The position numbers and the translations under genes are program-made. Positions 11,314-24,557 of a stretch of DNA of 64,000 bases are shown here, piece by piece. The notes beneath the pieces are model-generated. The model ran no database searches. It was given only the letters and a program-made list of their open reading frames with translations, and had not been told where the DNA came from. The stretch comes from Mobula hypostoma (taxonomy: Eukaryota), in contig NC_086097.1 of NCBI RefSeq assembly GCF_963921235.1, forward strand, positions 238,826,001 through 238,890,000. The letters run 5' to 3'. Position 1 is the stretch's first letter. Every line of letters starts with the position of its first letter.

Positions 11314-12239
11314 TTTTTCAGTGGCACTATAATTTCTGATGCAGAAGTATCCCTCTATGTCCAGCCATAGTTAAGCTTTTATTCAAGTGCTTTCACATTA
11401 GAGATGGCATTAACAATGTTTCTCTGTGAGGCATGGTGAGATATGCAAAAAAAACCCTCATCTGCCACAACTCTGCGACTTAACTTTGCACTATGAAGTG
11501 TTCTGCTTGCCCCAAAGGAGAATATTTCAGTCAGGGCTAGAGTCTTGAGAATGTTCTTTTTCAATAAAGTTACTAAAATAAATTTTAAAAAATGGAAAAT
11601 GAAGTTCAATCGCTTGCTGCCTTGACCATTTGATAATCTTCCAGGTAGTTTGTGATCTCCTAGCAACTATTGGATGATATCAGAGAGTCTGGTGTTCGAG
11701 GCCCAGTCCTCATACAGAGTCCTCAATGGTTGAAAACTGTGAGTCCTGAGAGTGATACTAAAGATTGAAGCCCGTAGGTCGATCAGAAATCTGGAAGTTG
11801 AGGCCCTATGGCCAGAGCCCTCAGTGCACTGAGGAAATGTAGGCAATCTATGAATCTACTAGTGGCTGGAATCCAGAATCTTGGGGTTGGAGGACTGTAT
11901 GTGGGTTGGTGGGAGGGAGGGAGGAATGGAGGAATGGAGGAATGGGGCTTGTTTTGCTGTTGTTGTTTTGTTGATGTGGTCTGAGTTGTTTTGCTGAGCA
12001 ATGTTGGCGATGGAATGTGTGACAACATTTACTGGCTGCCTCATGGGTGTGTTGGTTCTTGATGCAAGTGACTCATTTCATTGTGTGTTTCCTTGTAAGT
12101 GTGATAAATATTTTTGAATCTGAATCTGTCCGGTACAGTATTCTTCAATGATCACGAACAACTGGCAAATTTGTAAATCACACGGCAGTATGAGCTGGGA
12201 GGAGAATGCGCATAGGGTTGTAAGGAGAGGGTCAGGTGA

Positions 12240-13280
12240 GGTGAGGTGGATGAGAAAAAAGGTTTGACATGCTCAGTAACCAGGTAACGATAAGATGGAT
12301 GGAACACAGGTCGAAAAATATGAGGTCATGTGTTTTGGTAGGACAAAAGGCTAAACATGTTTTAAATGACGAGAGACTGAATGGTGATGATGTTTGGAGG
12401 CATCTGGGCATTTCTGGACTCAAGTTACCGAGGGTTAATATGCAGATTTGGCAAGCAAATGGAAGGGTGTATGCTATGTTAGTCTTTACTGAAAGAAGAT
12501 TTGTGTACAAAAGAGGGACCTTGCTCCAATTACATGGGGCCCTGGTGAGATCATACGTAGAGTACTGTATGCACATCCTTAGAGTCATACAGTCATAGAA
12601 AAGTACAACACAGAAACAGGACCTTCATCCCATCTAGTCCATGCCAAAACTATGCCTACTTCCAATGACCTGAGCCAGGACCATAGCCCTCCATACCCCT
12701 ACTATTCACATACCTATCCAAACTTCTCTTAAATGCTGAAATCGAGCTCACACGGACCTATTTGTGCTGGCAGCTCGTTCCACATTCTCAAAACCCTCTG
12801 AGTGAAGAAGTTTCCACTCACGTTCCCCTGAAACACAAGAGACTCTGCAGATGCTGGAAATCTTGAGCCACACACCCAAAATGCTGGAGGAACTCAGCAG
12901 GTCAGGCAGCATTCGCGGAGGGGAATGAGCAGTCAATGTTTCAGGCCTAGACCCTTTATCTGAAAGGATATACTTGTCACAGAGGAAATGCTGCCTCAAA
13001 TCACTAAATTTGTGCATGAGGATTGATTACTCAGGCTGAGTTTATTCCCTTGACGACAGAAGTACAAGAGGTGATCTCTTTGAAACACAAAATTCTAATC
13101 AAGCTTGACAGATTGGAGGGGTATCTAGTATTTCCCTGGTGGTAGTTAGAATAGGAGGTCTGTCATTCAGAACAGAGATGGGAAGCAATTTCTTAACACA
13201 GAGGATAACGAATCTTTGAAATTTTTCACTTTGCGCACTCAAGATAGAAACTAAAAGAATTTTGGATATTAAGGAATTCA
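12240..13280. mobile_element. Cluster of CR1 fragments in both orientations plus a pLTR copy (~12830-12966)
   Basis: ORF 12269-12598 (LLQLHGALVRSYVEYC); CR1 tail AGAGTCATACAGTCATAG at ~12581; GATGCTGGAAATCTTGAGC...CAAAATGCTGGAGGAACTCAGC. Confidence 0.65.
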
Positions 13281-13799
13281 AGAAATATAAGATTAGCACG
13301 GGTACTGATGCGTGTTTTTTTGCTGGTGGGGGTAGGGGGGAATCATTGCTCACTGCTGCTTATGTGCAGGAAGGGGGAGCTGGGGGGACTTTGGGATTCT
13401 CACATTTAACCGTCGTTCATTCTTTGGGGCACTTCTCTGTTTTTGCAGATGTTTGCGAAGAAAACGCATTTCAGGATGTATATTGTATACATTTCTCTGA
13501 CATTAAATTTGACCTTTGAACCTTTGAAAGCAGTGCTGAGGCGAAAGATCAGCCATGAACAACTTGCATGGTGGAGTAGGCACAGTGAGCCAATTGGCTC
13601 CTTCTTGCTTCAATGCCTTAAATTTTTACCTAGCAAGCAAACTCTTGGCTCCCTGCAGCAAGAAATTTAGGCTTTAAGTGACCCAAGATAAGAATGCAGT
13701 AGAATCAGCCTTGAAACCTTGCTGGAGATTTGCCAGAGATGTGTCCTATTCCCTCAAGAATTTTGGCCTCCTCTATTACAGATTGTTATGGAATTTGAG

Positions 13800-14120
13800 A
13801 TTTAAAGATTAGCTTTATTTTTCACATGTACATGGAAACATTCAGTGAAATGCTTAACTTACGTCAAATCAAATTAGCGAGGATTATACTGTGCTGCCCA
13901 CAGGAGTCACTGTGCTTCCAGTGACAACATACCGTGCCCATACTCACTAACTCTAACAGTACATCCTTGGAATGTGGGAGGAAACCAGAGTGCTTGGAGG
14001 AAACCCACACGGCCAAGGGGAGAACATACAAACTCCTTACAGGCAGCGTTGGGAATTGCAACGTGGTCTTCTGATTGCCGGCGCTGTAAAGTGATGTGCT
14101 AACCTCGATGTCACGTGCCA
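13800..14120 (-). mobile_element. V-SINE (tRNA-derived SINE with conserved central core)
   Basis: Core GGAATGTGGGAGGAAACCAGAGTGC..GGAGGAAACCCAC...GGGAGAACATACAAACTCCTTACAG; further copies at ~19470-19775, 27000-27245, 39735-39995, 54510-54880, 58830-59115, 62410-62540. Confidence 0.75.
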
Positions 14121-14272
14121 AACTTAGGAGGAGTTACTGAAACTTTAGCAACCTCGGATGAATTTAAGTCTATTAAATCTTTTTCTAAATTGACCGTAAA
14201 GCTGTTTTCAAATAGTTTTTACTTATTTATTTAGTGATATAGCATTCTGCCCCTTCAAGCCAAAAGGCGCTA

Positions 14273-15345
14273 CTTCGCTACATCGACGACTACATTGGCG
14301 CTGCTTCCTGCACGCATGCAGAGCTCGTTGACTTTATTAACTTTGCCTCCAACTTTCACCCTGCCCTCAAGTTTACCTGGTCTATTTCTGACACCTCCCT
14401 CCCCTTTCTAGATCTTTCTGTCTCTGTCTCCGGAGACAGCTTATCCACTGATGTCTACTATAAGCCTACTGACTCTCACAGCTATCTGGACTATTCCTCT
14501 TCTCACCCTGTCTCCTGCAAAAACGCCATCCCCTTCTCACAATTCCTTCGTCTCCGCCACATCTGCTCTCAGGATGAGGCCTTTCATTCTAGGACGAGGG
14601 AGATGTCTTCCTTTTTTAAAGAAAGGGGCTTCCCTTCCTCCACTATCAACTCTGCTCTTAAACGCATCTCCCCCATTTCACGTACATCTGCTCTCACTCC
14701 ATCCTCCCGCCACCCCACTAGGAATAGGGTTCCCCTGGTCCTCACCTACCACCCCACCAGCCTCCGGGTCCAACATATTATTCTCCGTAACTTCCGCCAC
14801 CTCCAACGGGATCCCACCACTAAGCACATCTTTCCCTCCCCCCCTCTCTCTGCATTCGGCAGGGATCGCTCCCTACGCAACTCCCTTGTCCATTCGTCCC
14901 CCCCATCCCTCCCCACTGATCTCCCTCCTGGCACTTATCCGTGTAAGCAGAACAAGTGCTACACATGCCCTTACACTTCCTCCCTTACCACCATTCAGGG
15001 CCCCAAACAGTCCTTCCAGGTGAGGCAACACTTCACCTGTGAGTCGGCTGGGGTGATATACTGCGTCCGGTGCTCCCGATGTGGCCTTTATACATTGACG
15101 AGACCCGACGCAGACTGGGAGACCGCTTTGCTGAACATCTACGCTCTGTCCGCCAGAGAAAGCAGGATCTCCCAGTGGCCACACATTTTAATTCCACATC
15201 CCATTCCTATTCTGACATGTCTATCCACGGCCTCCTCTACTGTAAAGATGAAGCCACACTCAGGTTGGAGGAACAACACCTTATATTCCGTCTGGGTAGC
15301 CTCCAACCTGATGGCATGAACATCGACTTCTCTAACTTCCGCTAA
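14273..15345 (+). pseudogene. PLE RT C-terminus plus GIY-YIG endonuclease, frameshifted near 15090
   Basis: Frame from 14273 (LRYIDDYIG...LPFLDLSV...TDVYYKPTDSHSYLDYSSSHP) runs into ORF 14603 (FTCESAGVIYCVRCSRCG), then shifts to ORF 15070 (YIDETRRRLGDRFAEH...EQHLIFRLGSLQPDGMN); the YIG motif reads YID. Confidence 0.9.
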
Positions 15346-15638
15346 TGCCCCAACTCCCCCTCGTACCCCATCTGTTACTTATTTTTATACACACATTCTT
15401 TCTCTCACTCTCCTTTTTCTCCCTCTGTCCCTCTGAATATACCCCTTGCCCATCCTCTGGGTCCCCCTCCCTTGTCTTTCTTCCCGGACCTCCTGTCCCA
15501 TGATCTTCTCGTATCCCCTTTTGCCTATCACCTGTCCAGCTCTTGGCTCCATCCCTCCCCGTCCTGTCTTCTCCTATCATTTTGGATCTCCCCCTCCCCC
15601 TCCAACTTTCAAATCCCTTACTCACTCTCCCTTCAGTT

Positions 15639-15674
15639 AGTCCTGACGAAGGGTCTCGGCCTGAAACGTCGACT
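15639..15674 (+). ncRNA. Minimal type-I hammerhead ribozyme in the PLE pLTR
   Basis: Helix I AGTC(15639-42)/GACT(15671-74); core CTGACGA(15643-49); helix II AGG/CCT; GAAA(15663-66); minimal helix III; predicted cut after GUC at 15670. Confidence 0.8.
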
Positions 15675-16063
15675 GCACCTCTTCCTAGAGATGCTGCCTG
15701 GCCTGCTGCGTTCACCAGCAACTTTTACATGTGTTGCTTGAATTTCCAGCATCTGCAGATTTCCTGTTGTTTACTGCTAAGATACATTAGCTTTTTCATG
15801 ACCCCATTCAAATACTGTAATTGGGAGGACTGTGGAGGGCTGGATACAGATAAATTGCACTAGACAGAATAATGACCCTGTTTTTGTACTGTGGAGTTCC
15901 ATGACTCTAAACATCACCTTTTATATAAAAGGTACGGAGACATAGCAGTGTTTCCAAATCATCACAAAATTAGGCAAATAATGGCATTATGACTATATCA
16001 CAGAAAAGGTCATAGTACTGCTAGTCTTTCTGTGAACTCTACAAATCCTTAAAGTTCTAAAAA

Positions 16064-16945
16064 TTGGATATATCCCAGTCCATTACTGGTAAAGCCCTCC
16101 CAACCATTGAGCACATCTACATGAAACGCTGCCGCTGGAAAGCAGCATCCATCATCACTGACCCCCACCATCCAGGACATGCTCTCTTCTCACTACTGCC
16201 ATCAGGAAGAAGGGACAGGAGCCTCAGGACTCACACCACCAGGTTCAGGAACAGTTATTATCCCTCAACCATCAGGGTCTTGAACCAAAGGGGATAACTT
16301 CACTGGCCCCATCATTGAAATGTTTCCACAACCAATAAGTTCATGTTCAAGGACTCTTCATTTCATGTTCTCAATATTTATTGCTTATTTATTTATGTTA
16401 TTATTGTTGTTGTTTCTTCTTTTGCATTTGCACAGTGTGTTTTCTTTTGCAGTCTGGTTGAATGTCCTCGTTGGGTGATCTTCCACTGATTCTGTTTTAG
16501 TTGCATGCCATCTTGGACAATGTCTCCCATCTACTACATAATGTACTGGTTGGGCACAGGAGTACATTCAGCCAGAGACTCATTCCACCGAGATGCAACA
16601 CAGAGCGTCATAGGAAGTCATTCCTGCCTGTGGCCATCAAACTTTACAACTCCTCCCTCGGAGGGTCAGACACCCTGAGCCAATAGGATGGTTCTGGACT
16701 TATTTCCATCTGGCATAATTTACATATTATTATTTAATTATTTATGATTTTATATTGCTATATTTATACTCTATTCTTGGTTGGTGCAACTGTAACGAAA
16801 CCCAATTTCCCTCGGGATCAATAAAGTATGTCTATCTATCTAGTTATTATTCTATAGATTTATTAATATGTCCACAACAAAATGGATTTTGGGGTTTTAT
16901 ATAGTAACATATATGTATTTTGATAATAAAATTTACTTTGAACCA
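16064..16945 (+). mobile_element. Old Rex-type LINE tail with a nested young Rex1 3' fragment (~16503-16840)
   Basis: ORF 16064 HPGHALFSLLPSGRR..RFRNSYYP; the nested ORF 16501 is nearly identical to the C-termini of ORFs 8748 and 34852; TAGTT on both sides of the nested piece. Confidence 0.8.
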
Positions 16946-17329
16946 TGAAAAAATCCGTGGCAAAACATCTGAAATCTGACTCGCCGCCCATGGTCCTGCT
17001 GTGGTGCTTCCTACAGTGTATGCAGTGGGTGAATAGTTATTAAACAATGTAACAATAAAGAGCAATATCAGAAGTTACTATTCACTGTGAACATCTAATA
17101 GCTTATGTATACAATAGTTGAAGTGAGGGTATTCCAGATGTGACCTTACAAATCATCCATGGAGCAGGTAGCTCCTTATAGTCACTGTCTCCTTGGAAAA
17201 CGTAACTCATCCATGTTTTGTGGGCAATCAAGGGAGGGCCTGCAGGCTGGAAATTGGAATTAAGGCAATGATTATAATTAGCCCTGATCCAGAGTCCATT
17301 GAGAGGAGACTTGTTCAGTGATGTGCTGG

Positions 17330-18600
17330 GCTGCGTACACAACTCTTTGCAGTTTCTTACAGTCAGTGGCAGAGCAGTTGCTATACCCAGCCATTACGCA
17401 TCTAGACAGAATGCTTTCTAAGGAAAATCAATAAAAGTTGGTAAGAATCAATAGAGAGAGGCCAAATTTCTTCAGTCGGCTAGGGATGCAGATACAATGG
17501 TGAGGTTTATTCGCCATGACATCAATGTGGTTGATATAGGACTGATTATTGGTAATGTTCACACCAAGCAACTTGAAGCAGGCAACATCAACACCATTGT
17601 TTGCAGACAGGAGCATATGTACCCCTCCCAGCTGATCTGCACAGGATCTATGGACACTGCCAGGGACTCCATTCAGGCCAGATGCTTTCCGCCGTTCAAT
17701 GTCTGCAACAGAAATTGTGGGTTCAGGTTCGCTGGAGGCTGTCAGGGTGGCTGGTGACATTGCAATCCCCTTCTGTTGAAAATATGCATTGATCTCATCA
17801 GGAAGGGATGCACTATTGTTGGCGATGCTACCTTTTGGAGTTCATTTTGGAGTTCAATATAGCATGTAAGCCCTGTCACAACTGACTCGTTTTTAGACTG
17901 TTTACATCTCTCAGCAACTCTGGTGGCTTCACGGGGTTCAGAACTTGATTTCAGAATCAGAATCACTGGCATATGTTGTGAACTTTGTAAATTTACAGCA
18001 GCAGTACAATGCAATACATGATAAATACAGAGAAAAAAACTGAATTTCAGTAAGTATATATATATTTCTAATAAATAGATAAATTAAGTAAGTAGTGCAA
18101 ACAAACAGAAATACAAAAAAAGTAGTGAGGTAGTTTTCATGCGTTTCAATGTCCATTTAGAAATTGGATGGCAGAGGGGAAGAAGCTGTTCCTGAATCGC
18201 TGAGTGTGTGTCTTTAAGCTTCCGTGCTTCCTCCCTGACGGTAACAATGAAAAGAGGACATGTCCTGGGTGATGCCTGCCCAAGGTACCCCTCCTTGAAG
18301 ATGTCTTGGATACTACAGCGGCTAGTACCCCTGATGGAGCTAACTAATTTTACAAGTTTCTGCAACGATTTTCAATCCTGCGCAGTAGTACCCTCATATG
18401 AGCCTGTCAGACTGCTCTCCACAGCATATCTGTAGATGTTTTCGGTGACATATCAAATCTCCTCAAACTTCTCACGAAATATAGCCACTGTCTTCCCTTC
18501 TTTATAACAGCATCAATGTGCTGCAGCCAGGTTAGGTCCTCAGAGATATTAACACCAGGAACTTGAAATTGCTCACTCCCTCCACTTCTGATCCCTCTAT
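17330..18600 (-). mobile_element. Degenerate Rex-type LINE fragments
   Basis: ORF 17428-17760 (RKASGLNGVPGSVHRSCADQL...FKLLGVNIT), ORF 18084-18365, and (TCAGAA)n tail at ~17940-17965. Confidence 0.65.
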
Positions 18601-18833
18601 GAGAGAATTCCCTGGTTCATCCATGGTTTCCATTTTGGGATGGCTCGGATTGACCTCCTTGGTACACAGTCCTCTAACACTTGCTGATAAAAGTCTGGGA
18701 TGGATGGAGATGTAGGTATAACAAGGACAGAGTCATAGAGACTTCAGAATCAAGCTCTTCAGCCCATTGAGTATGCAGAGACTATCAAAAACCCATTTTA
18801 CACTAATCCTAAATAAATTTATTCGACCAGAAT

Positions 18834-19195
18834 ACCATAAGATGTAGCAGCAGAATTAGGTCATTTGGCCCATCGAGTCTGCTCCACTAGTCAATTATGC
18901 CTGACTTATTAGTACATCTCAACCCATTCTCCTACCTTCCCTGTAATTTCCAACACCATTACTAATCGGGAACCCCTCAATCTTAGCTTTAAACATATCC
19001 AATGATTTGGCCCCCATGGCTGTCTTAGGCAATGAATTCCACAGAATCACCATCCTCTGGCTAAAGAAGGTCCTCCTCACTTCTGTTCTAAAGGGATGTC
19101 CTTTTATTCTGAGGCTGTGTCTTCTGGTTCTAGTCCGTCCAATGACCGGAAACATCCTCTACACTTCCACTCTACCCTGGCCTTTCAAAGTTCGG
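18834..19195 (-). mobile_element. CR1 LINE 3' end
   Basis: ORF 18919-19155 TRRHSLRIKGHPFRTEVRRTFFSQRMVILWNSLP. Confidence 0.8.
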
Positions 19196-19469
19196 TATTT
19201 ACAGAATTTCAATATATTCTCCGAATTCCCTCTGACTCCCACTAGATTTTACCACAAATGCACACACTGGGGGTGATTTACAGTGCCCAACTAATTTACC
19301 AACTCACAATGTGGGAATGTGGGAAAAAACAGAGTATCCAAGAAATTCGACAGAGTCAAAAGGGGACATGCAAACTTCACACAGAGAGCACGCTGGATCG
19401 ATTTAAATCTTCAAAACTGCAGCAGGCATTTAATTGAATTAAATATACCAAATGACAGAGTCGCATAGC

Positions 19470-19775
19470 CTTTAACAAAACACTTTACAGGACCAGCGAC
19501 TGTGTTTCAGTTCCCAGTGCTGTCTGTAAAGAGTTTGTACGTTCTCCCCATTGACCATGAGGATTTCCTGCGGGTGCTCTGGCTTCCTGCCACATCCCAA
19601 AGGCGTACGAGTTAGGGTAAGTTGTTGGCATGCTATGTTGGCGCCAGAGGTGTGCCAACACTCGCAGGCTGTTCCCAGCACATCCTTGGACTATGTTGGT
19701 TACTGACGCACATGAGGCATTTTACAGCATGTCCCAATCTCTCAATGTTCATGTGATAGACAAAGCTAATCTTTA
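19470..19775 (+). mobile_element. V-SINE
   Basis: GCTGTCTGTAAAGAGTTTGTACGTTCTCCCC...GGATTTCCTGCGGGTGCTCTGGCTTCCTGCCACATCCCAAAG core. Confidence 0.75.
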
Positions 19776-20304
19776 AAAAAAAAACTTGTAAGAATCAGCC
19801 CGCATTTCGTGTTCTAGTTCAACATCAGACTTTAACTGGAGTTGTTTGATTCTAATGTTAGTTACTAGCTAAGCTATTCTTACATTTGAAACTTCAATAG
19901 TAAAAATACTTGCTTCCTGCTCCACCTCTGTAACACTCTGTTAATTATTCATCCATCATGAGACCACTTTATTTTCAACCTTTCCCAAATTCTTTTTGAG
20001 AAGCAAGAGTACCCAAAGAATGGATAATTAAACCAACATCACATTCTAATTATTCAATCAATTTTCACAGAGACCCATCTGCTGTGATTCTTTCAGAGAA
20101 ATTTCATCCCCTGGTCTTCTTATGACAGGGCAACTCACAAATTAACATAACGTGGCTACTATTTTAAAATTCACAAAACTTCGCATGATAGTTAGGTTGT
20201 CTAAGAAGTGCCGCTTGCAAGAAAATTAGTTCTTATTGCTAATAATTACCAGTGCCCAAGAGCAGGGTGAGCTACTCAAGACCTGTGATGCAGTGGTACT
20301 GACA

Positions 20305-21235
20305 TAAGAGTCATAGAAAAATACAGCACAGAACTAGGCCCTTCAGCCCATCTAGTCCGTGCCGAACCATTTAAACTGCCTTCTCCCTTTGACCTACACT
20401 AGGACAATAGCCCTTCTTACCCCTACTATCCATGTACTTATCCAAACTTCTCTTAAACATTGACATCGGGCTTGCATGCACCACGTGTGTTGGCAGCTCA
20501 TTCCACACTCTCACGACCCTCTTGAGTGAAGAAGTTACCCCTCATTTTCCCTTTAAACTTTTTATCTTTCACCCTTAACGTCTACTTATAGTTCCACCCA
20601 ATCTCTGTGGAAAAAGCCTGCTTGCATTTACCCCTCATAACTTTGTATATCTCTATCAAATCTCCTATGTTCTCCTATGAATAAAATCCTAATCTATTCA
20701 ATCTCTCCTTATATCTCAGGTCCTCCAGACTGGCAACACCCTTGTAAATTTTCTCTGTACTCTTTCAACCTCATGTGCATCTTTCCTATAAGTAGGCTAG
20801 ATGCAGGAAGATTGTTCCCGATGTTGGGGAAGTCCAGAACGAGGGGTCACAGTTTGAGGATAGAGGGGAAGCCTTTTAGGACCAAGATTAGGAAAAACTT
20901 CTTCACACAGAGAGTGGTGAATCTGTGGAATTCTCTGCCACAGGAAACTGTTGAGGCCAGTTCATTGGCTATATTTAAGAGGGAGTTAGATATGGCCCTT
21001 GTGGCTACAGGGGTCAGGGGGTATGGAGGGAAGGCTGGGGCGGGGTTCTGAGTTGGATGATCAACCATGATCATAATAAATGGCGGTGCAGGCTCGAAGG
21101 GCCGAATGGCCTACTCCTGCACCTATTTTCTATGTTTCTATGTTTCTATATGAGACCAAAACTGCACACGGTATTCCAAAATGGGCCTCACCAATGTCTT
21201 ATACATAACATCCCATCTCCTGTACCAAATACTGG
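20305..21235. mobile_element. Minus-strand CR1 with a nested young plus-strand CR1 tail (~20793-21148)
   Basis: Nested piece encodes RLDAGRLFPMLGKSRTRGHSLRI..FFTQRVVNLWNSLP, ends in (TTCTATGT)n, and closely matches 45213-45543. Confidence 0.8.
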
Positions 21236-21259
21236 TACAATTTATTATCTGCCATAATG

Positions 21260-22735
21260 AAGTGCTTTGAGAGGTTGGATAAGGCTAGAATTAACTCCTG
21301 CCTTGGATCCACAGTAACTCTCTTACAACCCCCACAACAGGTCTACATTGGATACAATCTCACTGGCTCTCCACTCTGCTTTGCAGCACATAGTTGACAA
21401 CAAAACATGTCAGGTTGCGGATTATAGATTACAGCTCAGTGTTCAAAAGCGTCGTTCTTCTGTATCAACCACCAAGCTTCAGAACCTGGTCCTCTGGACC
21501 TTGTCCTGCGGCTGGATCCTTCACTTTCTCACCTGGAGACCACAGTCAGTGCTGATCAGTAGAAGCATTTCCAACTCACTGACATTCAATACAGGCATAC
21601 TTTCAGGATGCATTCTTGGCCTACTTCTCTACTCTCACTACACTCATGGCTGTGTGGCTCAAAAGCCTCCTATAAATTCAGTGATGACACCATCTTTGGA
21701 GGTAAGGCTTCAGCGGGTGATGAGGCGGTGAACAGGAGTGAGATTAATCAGTTGGTGGAAAAGCATTGCAACAACAGTCTTGCTCTCAACATCACAAAGA
21801 CCACGGAACTATTGTGGACTTCAGGAAGAGGAAGTCAGGACCAATTCTCATTGAGTGGTCAGCGCTGGAAAGTTCCTGTGTGTCAACTTCTTCGAGGCTC
21901 TACCCTGGGCCCAACTGGTTGCCTCATCAGAGGATTAGAGGTAGAGAGAATTAGCAACTTTGAACGCTTTGGTGTTACTAATTCAGAGGACCTGTCCTGG
22001 GCCCAGCACATGAATGCAATTACAAAGAGAAGACGGCAACTACTTGCTTAGAAGTTTACAGATATTTGGCATGACATCTAAAACTTTGACAAACCAGCAT
22101 AGATGTGCAGTGGAAAGTATATTAACTGGTTTCATCACAGCTTGGTATGGAAATACTAATACCCTTGAATGGAAATCCTTCCGAAAGTAGTGGATACGGA
22201 CCAGTCTATCATGGGTAAGGCCATCCCCACCACTGAGCACATCTACACAAAGCATTGTTGCAGGAAAGTAACATCCATCATGAAGGCCTCCCCCGCTGCC
22301 CAGGCCATATTCTTCTCTTACTGCTGGCATCATGGAGGTGGTACAGGAGCCTCAGGACTCACACCACCAAGTTCAAGAACAGTTATTGCCCTCAACCATC
22401 AGGGTCTTGAACCTCCATTGAAGTGTTCCCCTCACCTCTGGACTCACTTTTAAGAACTTTTCATTACATGTTCTTTTTATTTATTGCTATTTATTTATAT
22501 TTGCATTTTCACAGTTTGTTGTCTTACACGCTCTGTTTGAACGCCCCAGTTAGGCAGCCTTTCATTGATTCTGTTATAATTATTATTCTAAGCTAACAAA
22601 TTTCATGACACATGCCGGTGATAATAAACTTGATTCTGATTCTATAGATTTGTTCAGTATGCCTACAAGAACATGAATCTCAGTATTGTAAATGATGACC
22701 TATACGTACTTTGATAATAAATTTACTTTGAACGT
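21260..22735 (+). mobile_element. Degenerate Rex1/Babar LINE RT-to-tail pieces
   Basis: ORFs 21348, 21608 and 22169: DTISLALHSALQH, YKFSDDT, LALNITKTTEL, SEDLSWAQH; tail GTACTTTGATAATAAATTTACTTTGAAC. Confidence 0.72.
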
Positions 22736-23539
22736 TTATGGAGCCTTCAATGCATAGGATCTCAAGAGGCTGCCAAGGGTTGTTGACTCAGTCAGTTTCA
22801 TCACAGGCATAACAGCCTTTCCCTTCAAGAGAAAGTGCCTCGAGAAGGCAGCACCTGTCACTAAAGACCCTTACAATCTGGGGCATGTCCTCTTCTCATT
22901 TTTACCATCAGGGAGGATGTACAGGAGCCTAAAGCCTCTGCAAGTCAGAAACAGTGTTTTCACCTCTGCCATCAGATTTCTGAATGATTCAGAAACACCA
23001 CTCGCTATTCCTGTCTTTGCAAAGCTTATTTTGTAACTTATAGTAATTTTTACATCTTTACACTGCACCGTTGCCACAGAGCAACAAATTTGACCTCATA
23101 TGACACAGGGATAATAAAGCTGAGTCTGAAGAGTTTCCGATAATGGGGCTCTGACAAAACATTGATGATAACACAAAGGCTAATTTGTTACACTGTGTAA
23201 CTGGAAATCAATTTCATTCAGTGACACAAAAGGAAAAGTTAGCACTGAAGGAAGGATAATAAAAGCTTCATTTAATTCTATTTATGGAATGCATTCACAC
23301 TTGAGTAGTAATATTGTGAGGCTGTGCGATAAACTTGCCCAATAAGAACAAAAAGTGTTGTCTCCCTTCAAAGAAAAGAGAGTATTTTTGTTCAAAGTAG
23401 ATTAAGAAATTGCTTCAAAAGTAAGTAATGAATTTAAAGTACATGTTTAAAGTTACAAAACATGTCTAAAATGGAACTATTATGGCCTACTGCAAGCATT
23501 ATTTTGTTTACTTCATGTCCCTATTCAGTTCTGCAAGTA

Positions 23540-24086
23540 CATTCATTGGCCACTTTATTAGGTACACCTGTGATGCAAATATTTAATCAGCCAGCCATGT
23601 GGCAGCAACTCATCAAATAAAAGCATGCAAGCATGGTCAAGAGTTTCAGTTGTTGTTCAGACCAGACATCAGAGAGGGGAAGCATTGTGATTTAAGTGAC
23701 TTTGACCATGTTTGTTGGTGCCAGATGGCATGTTTTGAGTATCTCAGCTACAGCTGATTTCCAGGGGTTTTCACACACAATAGTCTCGAGAGTTTACAGA
23801 GGATTGAGCAAAAAGTGAAAACATTAAGTCAGCAACCTTTTTGTGGGCAAAGATGCCTTGTTTATGAGAGATGTCAGGGGAGTATGGCCAGACTGGTTCA
23901 AGCTGACAGGAAGGTGACAGTAACTCAAGTAACTACACATTAGAACAGTGTGTCTGAAGAGTATCTCTGAATGCACAGCACATCAAACCTCGAAGTAGAT
24001 GGGCTTCAGCAGTAGGAGACTAAAACATATGCTCAATGACCATTTTATTACATACAAAAGGTACCAGCTAAACTGGCCACTATATG
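23540..24086 (+). mobile_element. Non-autonomous Tc1/mariner element (copy 1)
   Basis: TA then TIR CATTCATTGGCCACTTTATTAGGTACACCTG; decayed transposase N-terminus; homologous to 24558-25098 and 43411-43953. Confidence 0.78.
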
Positions 24087-24557
24087 CATTATCAGTTATT
24101 TCATACCAGTGCTATTGAAACTTGGATTGATGTATTGAATACGGATTTGCCATAATTAATATCAGCATTGTTGAAATCATGCTACTGGGATTACAACAAC
24201 AATTGCAATTAAAACTTTATATGAATTCCTAAATTACTTACCCTTAAGCATTTGAAATCTAATGTAAATCTGCTCTATGATCAAAAGATAATCCTTAATT
24301 ACAGAATTTATATTAAATGCCTAACTCCAAAACAGCATGAGCAGCGGGGGCAAATAATAATTAGTTGAAAGGCTTTATGATTTCATGTGGGCGGTTACGG
24401 ATCTCTGTTCATCGTCCCAGAGATAGTGCCACAGAGATGATGCAAAACCTAAGCAGCAAGTCGACAGAGATCAATTCTTCAGCATCTTTCAGAATCCAGT
24501 TGAAGAGTTTTGCTGTCTGTCTCTTTGACCGGAGGATCCTCGCAGGATATAAACTTA

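Larger units (their letters stand above)
14273..15771 (+). mobile_element. Penelope-like retroelement (probably Neptune-type), 5'-truncated, with terminal repeat
   Basis: RT from RYIDD onward, Cys-rich linker (YPCKQNKCYTC), GIY-YIG endonuclease, pyrimidine-rich 3' region, and a pLTR carrying a hammerhead motif. Confidence 0.92.

Noticed and set aside
13800..14120. tRNA-like heads of V-SINEs as tRNA genes
   Set aside because: They are degenerate, attached to the SINE core and tail, and form no complete cloverleaf.
8601..16845. Apparent targeting of young Rex1 copies into older Rex tails
   Set aside because: Only two of three copies, at different positions, and the host repeat is very abundant, so chance is sufficient.
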